A stretch of 64,000 nt of DNA from an uncultured Oscillibacter sp. (lineage in GTDB: Bacteria > Bacillota > Clostridia > Oscillospirales > Oscillospiraceae). Made by a program: the position numbers and the translations under genes. The stretch lies in the NCBI RefSeq assembly GCF_900544955.1, contig NZ_UQXD01000008.1, positions 1,310 through 65,309 on the forward strand, read 5' to 3'. Every line of letters starts with the position of its first letter. Position 1 is the stretch's first letter. Of this stretch, positions 41,803 through 51,001 are shown piece after piece. Under the pieces are notes generated by a model, which was not told the DNA's origin, did not search any database, and was given only the letters and a program-made list of their open reading frames with translations.

Positions 41803-43020
41803 ATGGCCCAGAGACGGCGCAGGCCCATGTCCAGGGAAGAGGCCCTGGCCCGGCAGGAGCGGCAGCAGCGGCTGCGGGAAAAGGAGCAGGAGAGCCGGGA
41901 GTTGGCCCGGGGACCCATCGACCTGCCCTTCTGCCTGCTGGTGATTCTCCTGTCCGGCATCGGCCTGGTGATGCTGCTGTCCGCCAGCTTCCCCTCCGCC
42001 TACTACATCAACAGCGACCCCACCCACTACTTCGTCCGCCAGGGCATCTTCGCCGTGGCGGGCATCGCGGCCATGTTCCTCATCAGCCGCTTCAACTACC
42101 AGCGGCTGCGGGGCCTGGCGAAGCCCCTGCTGTACCTCGCCATCTTTTTGCTGTTGCTGGTCATCATCCCGGGGAATCCCCTGGCGGTGACCCGGAACAA
42201 CGCCACCCGCTGGCTGGGCATCGGCGAGCTCTTCACCATTCAGCCCTCGGAGATTGCCAAGATGGCGGTGGTGATCTACTTCTCCGACAGCATCTCCAAG
42301 AAGAAGGACAAAATGTACACCGCCCGGTACGGCATCGCCCCCTATCTGCTGATTCTGGGGGTCATTTCGGTGCTGATGCTGCTGGAGCCCCACCTGTCCG
42401 GCACGGTTTTGATCCTGGGCGCCGGCGCGGTGCTGATGCTGGTGGGCGGCATCCACCTGGGCTGGGTCCTGGCCGCCGTGGGCGGCGCCGGCGGCGTGGC
42501 GTTTTTGATGCTCTCCGGCATCATCAAATACGGCCAGTCCCGCATCGCCATGTGGCACAACCCCTGGCTGGACGCCCAGGGCGACGGCTACCAGCTGGTC
42601 CAGAGCCTGATCTCCATCGGCTCCGGGGGGCTGCTGGGAGTGGGACTGGGCAGGAGCCGGCAGAAGTACCTGTACCTGCCCGAGGAGCACAACGACTTCA
42701 TCTTCGCCATCATCTGCGAGGAGCTGGGCCTCATCGGCGCCACCATCATCATGCTGCTGTTCGCGGCGCTGATTCTCCGGGGCTTCTGGATCGCCCTCCA
42801 CGCCCGGGACCGGTTCGGCAGCCTCCTGGTGGTGGGCATCACCACGCTGATCGCCCTCCAGACCTTTTTGAACATCGGCGTGGTGACGGGACTGCTGCCC
42901 ACCACCGGCATCTCCCTGCCCTTTTTCAGCTACGGGGGCACCGCCCTGTCCATTCAGCTGGCGGAGATGGGAATCGTGCTGTCGGTGTCCAGGCAGATGA
43001 AGCCCACCCGGGCGGGGTAG
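41803..43020 (+). CDS. ftsW: SEDS glycosyltransferase FtsW/SpoVE
   Basis: ATRWL, IQPSEIAK, YLPEEHNDFIF, GISLPFFSYGGT. Confidence 0.93.
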   Translation: MAQRRRRPMSREEALARQERQQRLREKEQESRELARGPIDLPFCLLVILLSGIGLVMLLSASFPSAYYINSDPTHYFVRQGIFAVAGIAAMFLISRFNYQRLRGLAKPLLYLAIFLLLLVIIPGNPLAVTRNNATRWLGIGELFTIQPSEIAKMAVVIYFSDSISKKKDKMYTARYGIAPYLLILGVISVLMLLEPHLSGTVLILGAGAVLMLVGGIHLGWVLAAVGGAGGVAFLMLSGIIKYGQSRIAMWHNPWLDAQGDGYQLVQSLISIGSGGLLGVGLGRSRQKYLYLPEEHNDFIFAIICEELGLIGATIIMLLFAALILRGFWIALHARDRFGSLLVVGITTLIALQTFLNIGVVTGLLPTTGISLPFFSYGGTALSIQLAEMGIVLSVSRQMKPTRAG

Positions 43021-43098
43021 CGATTTTTGGAAGAATTTCGGGGAGACCGCCGGTCTCCCCTCCGCCCCGTTTTGGGGGAAGCAAGCGAGGTTGGTAGA

Positions 43099-44235
43099 AT
43101 GAGGAAAGAATTGAAGCGGGTCATTTTCACCTGCGGCGGCACGGCGGGGCACGTGAACCCGGCCATTGCCCTGGCCCAGGCGGTGCAGGAGCGGAACCCG
43201 GGGGCGGAGGTGCTCTTCGTGGGGGCGGAGCGGGGGCTGGAGAAGGACCTGATTCCCCAGGCGGGCTATCCCTTCCGCACCGTGCACATCTCCAGCTTCC
43301 ACCGCTCCTGCAAGCCCCGGGAGCTGCGGCACAACCTGATCTCCCTGTTCAACCTGCTGCGGGCGCCGGGGGAGGCCCGGGCGCTGCTGCGGGAGTTCGA
43401 GCCGGACATCGTGGTGGGCACCGGCGGCTACGCCAGCTTTCCCATGGTGAAGGCGGCGGCCCGGGCGGGCGTCCCCACGGTGGTCCACGAGTCCAACATG
43501 GTGCCCGGCCTCACCACGGAGATGCTGGAGCCCTTCGCAGACCGCATCCTGGTGGGGTTTGAGGCCTGCCGGGCGCACTACAAGCACCCGGAGAAGGTGC
43601 TGGTCACCGGCACGCCGGTGCGGGGGGATTTCTTCACCCTCACCAAAGCGGAGGCCAAGCGGGCGCTGGGGGTGGACGACGGGCGGCCCCTGATCGTCTC
43701 CTTCTGGGGGTCCCTGGGCGCCTCCGGCATGAACCGGCGGATGGCGGACTTCCTGGCCCTGGAGGCGGCGAAGGAGCCCTTCCACCACATCCACGGCGCG
43801 GGGAAGAACGACTATCCCATGCTGACGGCGCTGCTGGCGGAGAAGGGGGTGGACTTGGCGGCCCACCCGGCGCTGCGGCTGCGGGAGTATATCTACGACA
43901 TGGCCCCCGTCATGCGGGCGGCGGACCTGGTGATCTGCCGGGCCGGGGCCTCCACCATCAGCGAGCTGACGGCCCTGGGGGTCCCGGCGCTGATCGTGCC
44001 CTCCCCCTACGTCACCAACAACCACCAGGAGAAAAACGCCCGGGTGCTGGAGGAGGCGGGGGGCGCGGCGGTGCTACTGGAGCAGGACGCCACCGGCCAG
44101 GCCTTGTTCCAGGCCGCCTGCGGCATCCTCCACGACGGCGGCCGCCGGGCCTCCATGGAAAGGGCCATGGCGTCCCTTGGCATCCGGGACGCCACGGAGC
44201 GGATCTATCAGACGGTGCTGGCGCTTGCGAAGTAA
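43099..44235 (+). CDS. murG: Lipid II GlcNAc transferase
   Basis: GGTAGH, GTGGY, HESN, GSLGA, RAGASTISE, HQEKNA. Confidence 0.97.
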   Translation: MRKELKRVIFTCGGTAGHVNPAIALAQAVQERNPGAEVLFVGAERGLEKDLIPQAGYPFRTVHISSFHRSCKPRELRHNLISLFNLLRAPGEARALLREFEPDIVVGTGGYASFPMVKAAARAGVPTVVHESNMVPGLTTEMLEPFADRILVGFEACRAHYKHPEKVLVTGTPVRGDFFTLTKAEAKRALGVDDGRPLIVSFWGSLGASGMNRRMADFLALEAAKEPFHHIHGAGKNDYPMLTALLAEKGVDLAAHPALRLREYIYDMAPVMRAADLVICRAGASTISELTALGVPALIVPSPYVTNNHQEKNARVLEEAGGAAVLLEQDATGQALFQAACGILHDGGRRASMERAMASLGIRDATERIYQTVLALAK

Positions 44236-44261
44236 CCACCCGGCGCCTCCGCCCATAGGAT
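44234..44261 (+). promoter_or_regulatory. SigK/SigE-type promoter candidate for murA
   Basis: AACC-16-CATAGGAT. Confidence 0.6.
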
Positions 44262-44298
44262 GGGGCATGAAACCATCTTGGGTACGGAGGGGAACAAT

Positions 44299-45561
44299 AT
44301 GAGTCAGCTTTTGATCAGCGGCGGAAAGTGCCTGGAGGGAGAGGTGGCCATCCAGGGAGCGAAGAACAGCGTGCTTCCCATCCTGGCGGCCACCATTCTG
44401 ACCGGCAGCCAGGTGGAGCTGCGGGGCTGCCCCCGCCTGCGGGACGTGGAGGCCTCGGTGCGGATTCTGGAGGCCCTGGGCTGCGGTGCCCGCTGGGAGG
44501 GGGACAGCCTGGTGGTGGACACCGCCGGCTTGAACGGCTGCGCCATCTCTGATATACTGATGCGGGAGATGCGGTCCTCCGCCATTTTCCTGGGGGCCAT
44601 CCTGGCCCGGTGCGGCCAGGCGGAGCTGAGCTATCCCGGCGGGTGCGAGTTGGGCCCCCGGCCCATCGACCTCCATTTGGCGGGACTGCGGGAGCTGGGG
44701 GCGGAGATCGGCGACGCCGGCGGCATCCTCCACTGCCGGGCGCCCCGCCTGGAGGGGCGGGAGATCGTGCTGAGCCTGCCCTCCGTGGGGGCCACGGAGA
44801 ATTTGATGCTGGCCGCCTGCGGGGCGGAGGGCACCACCGTGATCGCCAACGCGGCCCGGGAGCCGGAGATTGTGGACCTCCAGGCGTTTTTGCGCGCCTG
44901 CGGGGCGGAGGTCTCCGGCGCCGGCGGCTCGACGGTGACGGTGACGGGCGGGCGGCCGCTACACGGCTGCGCCTACACGGTCATGCCGGACCGCATCGCG
45001 GCGGCTACTTACCTCTGCGCGGCGGCCTCCGCCGGGGGCGAGGTGTTTTTGCGGGGGGCCCGGGAGGCTCACCTCTCCACCGTCACCGCCGTGCTGCGGG
45101 AGGCGGGCTGCGCCATCCGCTCCGACGAGGCGGGCATCGCCTGCCGCTGCCGGGAGCGGCTGCGGGCGGTGCGCCCGGTGCGGACGGCGCCCTACCCCGG
45201 CTTTCCCACCGACGCCCAGGCGGTTTTGATGGCGGCGCTGCTGCGCAGCCGGGGCGCCACCGTGTTTGAGGAGAACATTTTTGAAAACCGCTACCGCCAC
45301 GTGGATGAGTTGACCCGCATGGGGGCGGAGATCCGGGTGTCCGGCCGGGTGGCGGTGGTCACCGGGGTGGAGACGCTGCGGGGCGCGGCGGTGCGGAGCA
45401 CCGACCTCCGGGGCGGGGCGGCGCTGTGCGTGGCGGCCCTAGCGGCGGAGGGGGAGACCCGGGTGACGGAGATCGGCCACATCGACCGGGGCTACCAGGA
45501 CATCGCAGGGGACCTGCGGGCCCTGGGGGCGGAGATCCTCCGGACGGAAGAAACAGAGTAG
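44299..45561 (+). CDS. murA: UDP-GlcNAc enolpyruvyl transferase
   Basis: GAKNS, PGGCELGPRPIDLH (Cys kept), SVGATEN, PGFPTD.Q, TDLRGGA. Confidence 0.97.
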   Translation: MSQLLISGGKCLEGEVAIQGAKNSVLPILAATILTGSQVELRGCPRLRDVEASVRILEALGCGARWEGDSLVVDTAGLNGCAISDILMREMRSSAIFLGAILARCGQAELSYPGGCELGPRPIDLHLAGLRELGAEIGDAGGILHCRAPRLEGREIVLSLPSVGATENLMLAACGAEGTTVIANAAREPEIVDLQAFLRACGAEVSGAGGSTVTVTGGRPLHGCAYTVMPDRIAAATYLCAAASAGGEVFLRGAREAHLSTVTAVLREAGCAIRSDEAGIACRCRERLRAVRPVRTAPYPGFPTDAQAVLMAALLRSRGATVFEENIFENRYRHVDELTRMGAEIRVSGRVAVVTGVETLRGAAVRSTDLRGGAALCVAALAAEGETRVTEIGHIDRGYQDIAGDLRALGAEILRTEETE

Positions 45562-45574
45562 GAGATGACAAGGT

Positions 45575-46351
45575 ATGCCCAGACGCAGAAATTCCAACCG
45601 GCGGAGAAGGGGAAGCTTCGGCTTTCTCTATAAGCTCCTGTCCGTGCTGGTGATCTGCGGGGCCATCGTGGCGGCGCTGACGCTGTTTTTCCGGGTGGAC
45701 ACGGTGGTGATCACCGGACAGCAGCGCTACACCCAGGAGGAGATCTGGGCGGCCACCGGCGTGGAGCTGGGCGACAACCTGTTTTTGCTGAATAAGTACG
45801 GCATGGCGGACAGCATCGCCACCGCCCTGCCCTATATCAACATCGAGGATGTCTGGATTCGGCGCAAGCTGCCGGACACCCTGCTGATCGACGTGAAGGA
45901 GTGCGGCACCCCCATGGCGGTGTTCCAGGGGGACAGCGCCTGGCTGGTGAGCGCCTCCGGGAAGATTGTGGAGCAGAGGACGGCTGCCGCCGCGTCGGAG
46001 TACGGCGTCATCGACGGCTGCCTCCTGCTGGCCCCCTCCGTGGGGACCCGGATCGCCCTGGCCTCGGAGTACGCCGGCCAGCAGCGGAGCCTGCTGGCGC
46101 TGCTGGCGGCGCTGGAGGAGGCGGGGGAGCTGGAGCAGGTGGACGCCATCCACCTGGCGGACGTGTCCACCCTCACCATGGACTACGGCGGGCGGTTCAC
46201 CGTCCGGCTGCCCTATGACGCGGACTATCCCCGGAAGCTGCGGATGCTGCGCCAGAGCCTGGACAGCGGCGCCATCCAGGACAACATGACCGGAACCTTT
46301 GACATGCGCAGCGACAACGGGGAGGTCCACTTCATTCCCCGGGGAAGGTGA
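45575..46351 (+). CDS. ftsQ: FtsQ/DivIB (TM plus POTRA)
   Basis: Basic N-terminus, TM, POTRA RKLPDTLLIDVKE; position before ftsZ. Confidence 0.88.
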   Translation: MPRRRNSNRRRRGSFGFLYKLLSVLVICGAIVAALTLFFRVDTVVITGQQRYTQEEIWAATGVELGDNLFLLNKYGMADSIATALPYINIEDVWIRRKLPDTLLIDVKECGTPMAVFQGDSAWLVSASGKIVEQRTAAAASEYGVIDGCLLLAPSVGTRIALASEYAGQQRSLLALLAALEEAGELEQVDAIHLADVSTLTMDYGGRFTVRLPYDADYPRKLRMLRQSLDSGAIQDNMTGTFDMRSDNGEVHFIPRGR

Positions 46352-46412
46352 GGCGAAAACCGAGAGCTTTTCATTTTTTTCGCAAAAAGGCGGCGAAAAC
46401 CCGGAGGGGCAC

Positions 46413-46441
46413 TTGACCGGAGCGGGAAAGTGTCATACAAT
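46413..46441 (+). promoter_or_regulatory. SigA promoter of ftsZ
   Basis: TTGACC-17-TACAAT. Confidence 0.75.
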
Positions 46442-46527
46442 GAGTGAAATACTGTGAGATACAGGATATTGGGTCTTATGAAGGGCGGCGACGCCCTTTT
46501 ACACAAATGATAGCAGGAGGCACCACT

Positions 46528-47649
46528 ATGGCATTTGGATTGGAAACCGGTCCCGATACCGTTGTCAATATTAAGGTCATCGGTGTGGGCGGCGGCGGAA
46601 ACAATGTGGTCAACCGCATGGTCCGCTCCGGCACCAAGGGCGTGGATTTCGTGGCGGTCAACACCGACAAGCAGGCGCTGAACGTCTCCAGCGCCACTTA
46701 CAAGATTCAGATCGGCGAAAAGCTGACCCACGGGCAGGGCGCCGGTTCCGATCCCGAGGTGGGCCGCAAGTCCGCCGAGGAGAGCCGCAACCAGATTGCC
46801 AAGGCCCTGGAGGACACCGACATGGTGTTCATCACCGCCGGCATGGGCGGCGGCACCGGCACCGGCGGCGCCCCCATCGTGGCGGAGATCGCCAAGGAGA
46901 TGGACATTCTCACTGTGGCCGTGGTGACCAAGCCCTTTGGGTTTGAGGGCCGCCGCCGGATGCAGCAGGCGGAGTCCGGCATCGCCGAGTTGGAGGACAA
47001 GGTGGACTCCCTGGTGATTATCCCCAACGAGCGGCTCAAGCACGCCACCGACCAGAAGATCACCTTCGCCAACGCCTTCGAGATCGCCGACGATGTGCTG
47101 CGCCAGGCGGTGCAGTCCATCTCCGACCTGATCCGGGACACCGGCTTCATCAACCTGGACTTTGCCGACGTCACCGCCATCATGAAAAACGCCGGCATGG
47201 CCCACATGGGCGTGGGCCGGGCCGCCGGCAAGGGCAAGGCCGAGGAGGCCGCCAGAATGGCCATCTCCAGCCCCCTGCTGGAGACCTCCATCGAGGGGGC
47301 CAAGGGCGTGCTCATCAACGTCACCGGCTCCATGGACATCGGGCTGGAGGAGGTGGAGCAGGCCGCGTCCCTGGTCCAGGCCGCCGTCCACCCCGACGCC
47401 CTCACCATCTTCGGCGCCACCTTCGACGAGACGCTGGACGATGAGATCCGGGTCACCGTCATCGCCACCGGCTTTGACAAGGAGCCGGGCCAGCTGCCCA
47501 AGATGGCCGCAGCCCAGTCCGCCCAGGCGGAGCAGCCCGTCCCCACGGCGCCCGCGCCGGAGCCGCTGAAGGAGGAGGACGTGCCCAAGCCCGAGGAGGA
47601 CGACCCCTTCGATGACATTTTCAAAATCTTCAACCGCAGGGACGATTGA
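46528..47649 (+). CDS. ftsZ: Cell division protein FtsZ
   Basis: [31 protein letters not shown]. Confidence 0.99.
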   Translation: MAFGLETGPDTVVNIKVIGVGGGGNNVVNRMVRSGTKGVDFVAVNTDKQALNVSSATYKIQIGEKLTHGQGAGSDPEVGRKSAEESRNQIAKALEDTDMVFITAGMGGGTGTGGAPIVAEIAKEMDILTVAVVTKPFGFEGRRRMQQAESGIAELEDKVDSLVIIPNERLKHATDQKITFANAFEIADDVLRQAVQSISDLIRDTGFINLDFADVTAIMKNAGMAHMGVGRAAGKGKAEEAARMAISSPLLETSIEGAKGVLINVTGSMDIGLEEVEQAASLVQAAVHPDALTIFGATFDETLDDEIRVTVIATGFDKEPGQLPKMAAAQSAQAEQPVPTAPAPEPLKEEDVPKPEEDDPFDDIFKIFNRRDD

Positions 47650-47659
47650 AAAAATTTGG

Positions 47660-47692
47660 AAACCCCCGCAGGTTTTTGCCTGCGGGGGTTTT
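47660..47692 (+). terminator. Intrinsic terminator after ftsZ
   Basis: AAACCCCCGCAGG/CCTGCGGGGGTTTT. Confidence 0.8.
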
Positions 47693-47830
47693 CGCACCGT
47701 CCCAAACCCCGGAGCTGGAACACCCTGCCATGGAGATGCTGCCGCTTTTTGCTTCGTCTGCTTTCGCCCCTTCGGCAGATGATAAGAGCGCCGGTATGTG
47801 CCGGCTGATTTTTTGAAAGGGGTGATTGGA

Positions 47831-48856
47831 TTGTATGGACCCTTGCAAAACGCGAAGCGGCTGCTGCGGTGCGGCGCGGCGCTGGCTCTGGCGTTCCTCC
47901 TGTGCGCCGGACCCAGGTCGTTTGCCGCCGAGGTGAGCGGCACAGGCCGGATGCTGGTTCCCGTGGGTCATACGGTGGGCATCAAGCTGTTTTCCCGGGG
48001 GGTTTTGGTGGTGAAGCTGTCCGACGGCGGCACGCCGGCGAAGGAATGCGGCCTTCAGACCGGCGATGTCATTGTCAAATGCGGCGGCGTCACCGTCCGC
48101 TCCACAGAGCAGTTTCAGTCTCTATTGCAAAAAACAGGAGAGGAGCCCACGGACCTCCAGGTGCGCCGCGGCAGCCAGAACATGACCCTGTCCGTCTCGC
48201 CGGAGCCCAATGAGCAGGGCGGCTACTCCATCGGCGCCTGGATTCGGGACAGCATGGCGGGTATCGGCACCGTGACCTATTACGACCCCGACACCGGGGA
48301 CTTCGGCGCCCTGGGCCACGGCATCACGGATGTGGACACGGCGCTGCTGATGCCCTTCTCCTCCGGCTCCATCCTGCCCTCCACGGTGAAAGCGGTGAAG
48401 AAGGGCGCGGCGGGAGACGCGGGAGAGCTGCGGGGCGATTTTGACCTGACCCAGGATTTGGGAGACCTTAGCGCCAACACGGAAAGCGGTATTTTCGGCA
48501 CGGTGGAGGAGAGCCCCGCGGTGTGGCAGACCTCCCAGGCCCTGCCCGCGGCGTCCGCCGGGGAGGTCCGGCCGGGCCCGGCCACCATTTTGTCCAACGT
48601 GGAGGGGGACGAGGTCCGCTCCTATGACATCGAAATTTTGAAGGTGGTGCCCGGCGCTGCCGACAGCCGGAACATGGTCCTCTCCGTCACGGACCCGGAG
48701 CTGATCGCCGCCACCGGCGGCATTGTCCAGGGCATGAGCGGCAGCCCGATTCTGCAAAACGGAAAGCTGGTGGGCGCCGTGACCCATGTGCTCTTGAACG
48801 ATCCAACCAAAGGATATGGAATTTTCATCGAAAATATGCTGAACGCGGCGAAATAG
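47831..48856 (+). CDS. spoIVB: SpoIVB serine peptidase (PDZ plus S55)
   Basis: WIRDS.AGIGT.T, ALGHGITD, TGGIVQGMSGSPI..GAVTHV; TTG start position uncertain. Confidence 0.93.
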   Translation: MYGPLQNAKRLLRCGAALALAFLLCAGPRSFAAEVSGTGRMLVPVGHTVGIKLFSRGVLVVKLSDGGTPAKECGLQTGDVIVKCGGVTVRSTEQFQSLLQKTGEEPTDLQVRRGSQNMTLSVSPEPNEQGGYSIGAWIRDSMAGIGTVTYYDPDTGDFGALGHGITDVDTALLMPFSSGSILPSTVKAVKKGAAGDAGELRGDFDLTQDLGDLSANTESGIFGTVEESPAVWQTSQALPAASAGEVRPGPATILSNVEGDEVRSYDIEILKVVPGAADSRNMVLSVTDPELIAATGGIVQGMSGSPILQNGKLVGAVTHVLLNDPTKGYGIFIENMLNAAK

Positions 48857-48900
48857 GAAATGCCCCGGCGGGCCATTGGCCCGCCGGGGCGGAGCTGGGG

Positions 48901-49326
48901 TCATTCTTCTACCTGGCGCTCTCCGGAGACCACGGTGGTACTTCCCGGCTCCCGGTAACGGGTGAAGGCCACGGCGCTGAGCAGAAGCAGCAGCAATTGG
49001 AGGGCCACCAGGCCGGCCACCACTCCGGCCACCACCTGCCACACCCGCCGGGCCCGGCGGTTTTTCACCGCCAGCTGTTCGTTGATCCGGGAGAGCTGCT
49101 CCGCCACCGGGTCCAGTTCGCCGCCGGGGGGAAGCTCCGCCCCCAGCAGGGTGCTCACTGGCGTCTCCAGAAGCTCCGCCAGGCGGACCAGCAGCGCCGC
49201 GTCGGGGACCGAGAGGCCCTTTTCCCACTTGGAGATGGTCTGGCGCACCACGTGGAGCCGGGTGGCCAGCTCCTCTTGAGAGAGGCCCCGGGCCTTGCGA
49301 AGAGTTTTGAGATTGTTGGAAAACAT
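48901..49326 (-). CDS. XRE-family HTH regulator with a C-terminal TM
   Basis: LSQEELA..LHVVRQTISKWEKG.SVPD; one TM. Confidence 0.9.
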   Translation of the reverse strand: MFSNNLKTLRKARGLSQEELATRLHVVRQTISKWEKGLSVPDAALLVRLAELLETPVSTLLGAELPPGGELDPVAEQLSRINEQLAVKNRRARRVWQVVAGVVAGLVALQLLLLLLSAVAFTRYREPGSTTVVSGERQVEE

Positions 49327-49351
49327 GGTTCGTCCCTCCTTTACCGCCTCC

Positions 49352-49387
49352 ATGGTACCCCGGAACGCCCCGTTGCGGCAAGCAACG
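49352..49387 (-). promoter_or_regulatory. XRE gene promoter with a palindromic operator over -35
   Basis: Minus strand TTGCCG-18-TACCAT; CGTTGC-N5-GCAACG at 49371-87. Confidence 0.6.
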
Positions 49388-49392
49388 CAGAC

Positions 49393-49953
49393 TTACATCC
49401 CCGCCAGCTTTGCATTGAGCTTTCGATAAATCCGCTCCCGGAACCAGGGCTCCGACGAGGCGCGGACGGCGTCCTCCAGAGGGAACCAGCCCACCCGGCT
49501 GTTTTCGTCGGGTTTGCAGCGGATGGGGGCCGCCGGGTCCGCCTCCAGCAGATAGGTTACATTTAAGTGGAGATGGGAGGAGACATAGGCTCCCCGCTTC
49601 TCGTGACCGTCCACGGTCAGAATCTCCAGGGAGTAGATGTCCCGGGACACCGGGCGGACCGCCTCCAGGCCGCTCTCCTCCCGGACCTCCCGCAATGCCA
49701 CCGCCAGCAACTCCCGCTCCCCGTCGGCGTGGCCTCCCAGCCAGGCCCAGGAGCGGTAGAGGTTGTGATAGGCCAGCAGCACCTGGGTCCGGTCCGGACT
49801 CACCACCCAGGCGGAGGCCGTCCAGTGGGCGGCAGCACTGTCCCGGGTGTAGAGGTCCTTGCCGCCCCGCAGCAGCTCCAACAGGGTGTCCCGGTCCCGG
49901 GCCTCCTGCTCGTTCCAGGGGGAATAGGCACTCAATTCCGCAAAAAGATCCAT
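49393..49953 (-). CDS. NUDIX hydrolase
   Basis: Nudix box GGHADGERELLAVALREVREESGL. Confidence 0.92.
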   Translation of the reverse strand: MDLFAELSAYSPWNEQEARDRDTLLELLRGGKDLYTRDSAAAHWTASAWVVSPDRTQVLLAYHNLYRSWAWLGGHADGERELLAVALREVREESGLEAVRPVSRDIYSLEILTVDGHEKRGAYVSSHLHLNVTYLLEADPAAPIRCKPDENSRVGWFPLEDAVRASSEPWFRERIYRKLNAKLAGM

Positions 49954-50064
49954 GGCACGCGCTCCTTTTATACAGCTTTTTCCCATCATACCACACCGCC
50001 CGCGAAAAGGGAAGAAACGGCGCAAAGCGTTGGGGGACGGGGCCTTCTGGTGTCACGAAAAAGC

Positions 50065-50130
50065 TGTCGAATGATTTATGGAATAATTTGGGAAAATGAC
50101 CTTGAAAAAAGTGTAATTTTATGCTAGTTT
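50065..50130 (+). promoter_or_regulatory. spo0A control region: 0A box and SigA-like promoter
   Basis: TGTCGAA at 50065-71; TTGAAA-17-TGcTAGTTT at 50102-30. Confidence 0.6.
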
Positions 50131-50201
50131 ATAGAAAACGCAATGCAAAGTTTTGCAAAACCGTCGCAAATCGAAATTTCTGGGAAAAGGACAGGGTAAG
50201 T

Positions 50202-50969
50202 ATGGACAACAGAAGAACGGTGTTGTTGGCAGATGCCAATGAGGGATTCCGCGTCATGCTGCGGGAGGCCATCGAAAAGTCGGAGGAGTTCGCCGTGGTG
50301 GGCGCCACGGGAGATGGGGCTGAGGCGCTGCAGCTGGTGCATCAGTTGAAGCCGGAGCTGCTGGTGATGGATGTCGCTCTGCCGGGTCTGGACGGCATGG
50401 GGGTGCTGCGGCAGCTGAAAACCCAGGGCGGACAGCAGCCGAAGGTGATTGTGCTGTCCGTTTTCTGCACGGACCAGGTGCTGGTGGAGGCCCGGGAGCT
50501 GGGCGCCAGCTATTTTCTGCCGAAGCCCTGTACGGTGGACGCCCTGCTGGACCGGATGCAGATGGCCTTCGGAGAGCCCGCCGCGCCGGAGGAGCGGGCG
50601 GCGGCGCTGAAAAATCTGGTGACGTCGGTGATCCATGAGATCGGCGTCCCCGCCCACATCAAAGGCTATCAGTACCTGCGGGAGGCCATCATGATCGCCG
50701 TGAATGACATGGACGTGATCAACGCGGTGACCAAGGTGCTGTATCCGGAGGTGGCCAAGCGGTTTGCCACCACGCCCAGCCGGGTGGAGCGGGCCATCCG
50801 CCACGCCATCGAGGTGGCCTGGGACCGGGGGGATTTGGAGACGCTGCAGAAGTACTTCGGCTACACCGTCTCCAACGCCAAGGGCAAGCCCACCAACTCC
50901 GAGTTCATCGCCATGATCGCGGACCGGCTGGTGCTGGAGCTGCGGGACGGCCGGGGCATGACGATGTGA
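50202..50969 (+). CDS. spo0A: Sporulation master regulator Spo0A
   Basis: Receiver domain plus [37 protein letters not shown]. Confidence 0.98.
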   Translation: MDNRRTVLLADANEGFRVMLREAIEKSEEFAVVGATGDGAEALQLVHQLKPELLVMDVALPGLDGMGVLRQLKTQGGQQPKVIVLSVFCTDQVLVEARELGASYFLPKPCTVDALLDRMQMAFGEPAAPEERAAALKNLVTSVIHEIGVPAHIKGYQYLREAIMIAVNDMDVINAVTKVLYPEVAKRFATTPSRVERAIRHAIEVAWDRGDLETLQKYFGYTVSNAKGKPTNSEFIAMIADRLVLELRDGRGMTM

Positions 50970-51001
50970 AAAAAGGGAGAGGCGCCGCCTCTCCCTTTTT
51001 T
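50969..51001. terminator. Bidirectional terminator
   Basis: AAAAAAGGGAGAGGC/GCCTCTCCCTTTTTT. Confidence 0.88.

Noticed and set aside
47750..47790. SigF/SigG promoter for spoIVB
   Set aside because: Only a loose GGCAGATGATA match with no convincing -35
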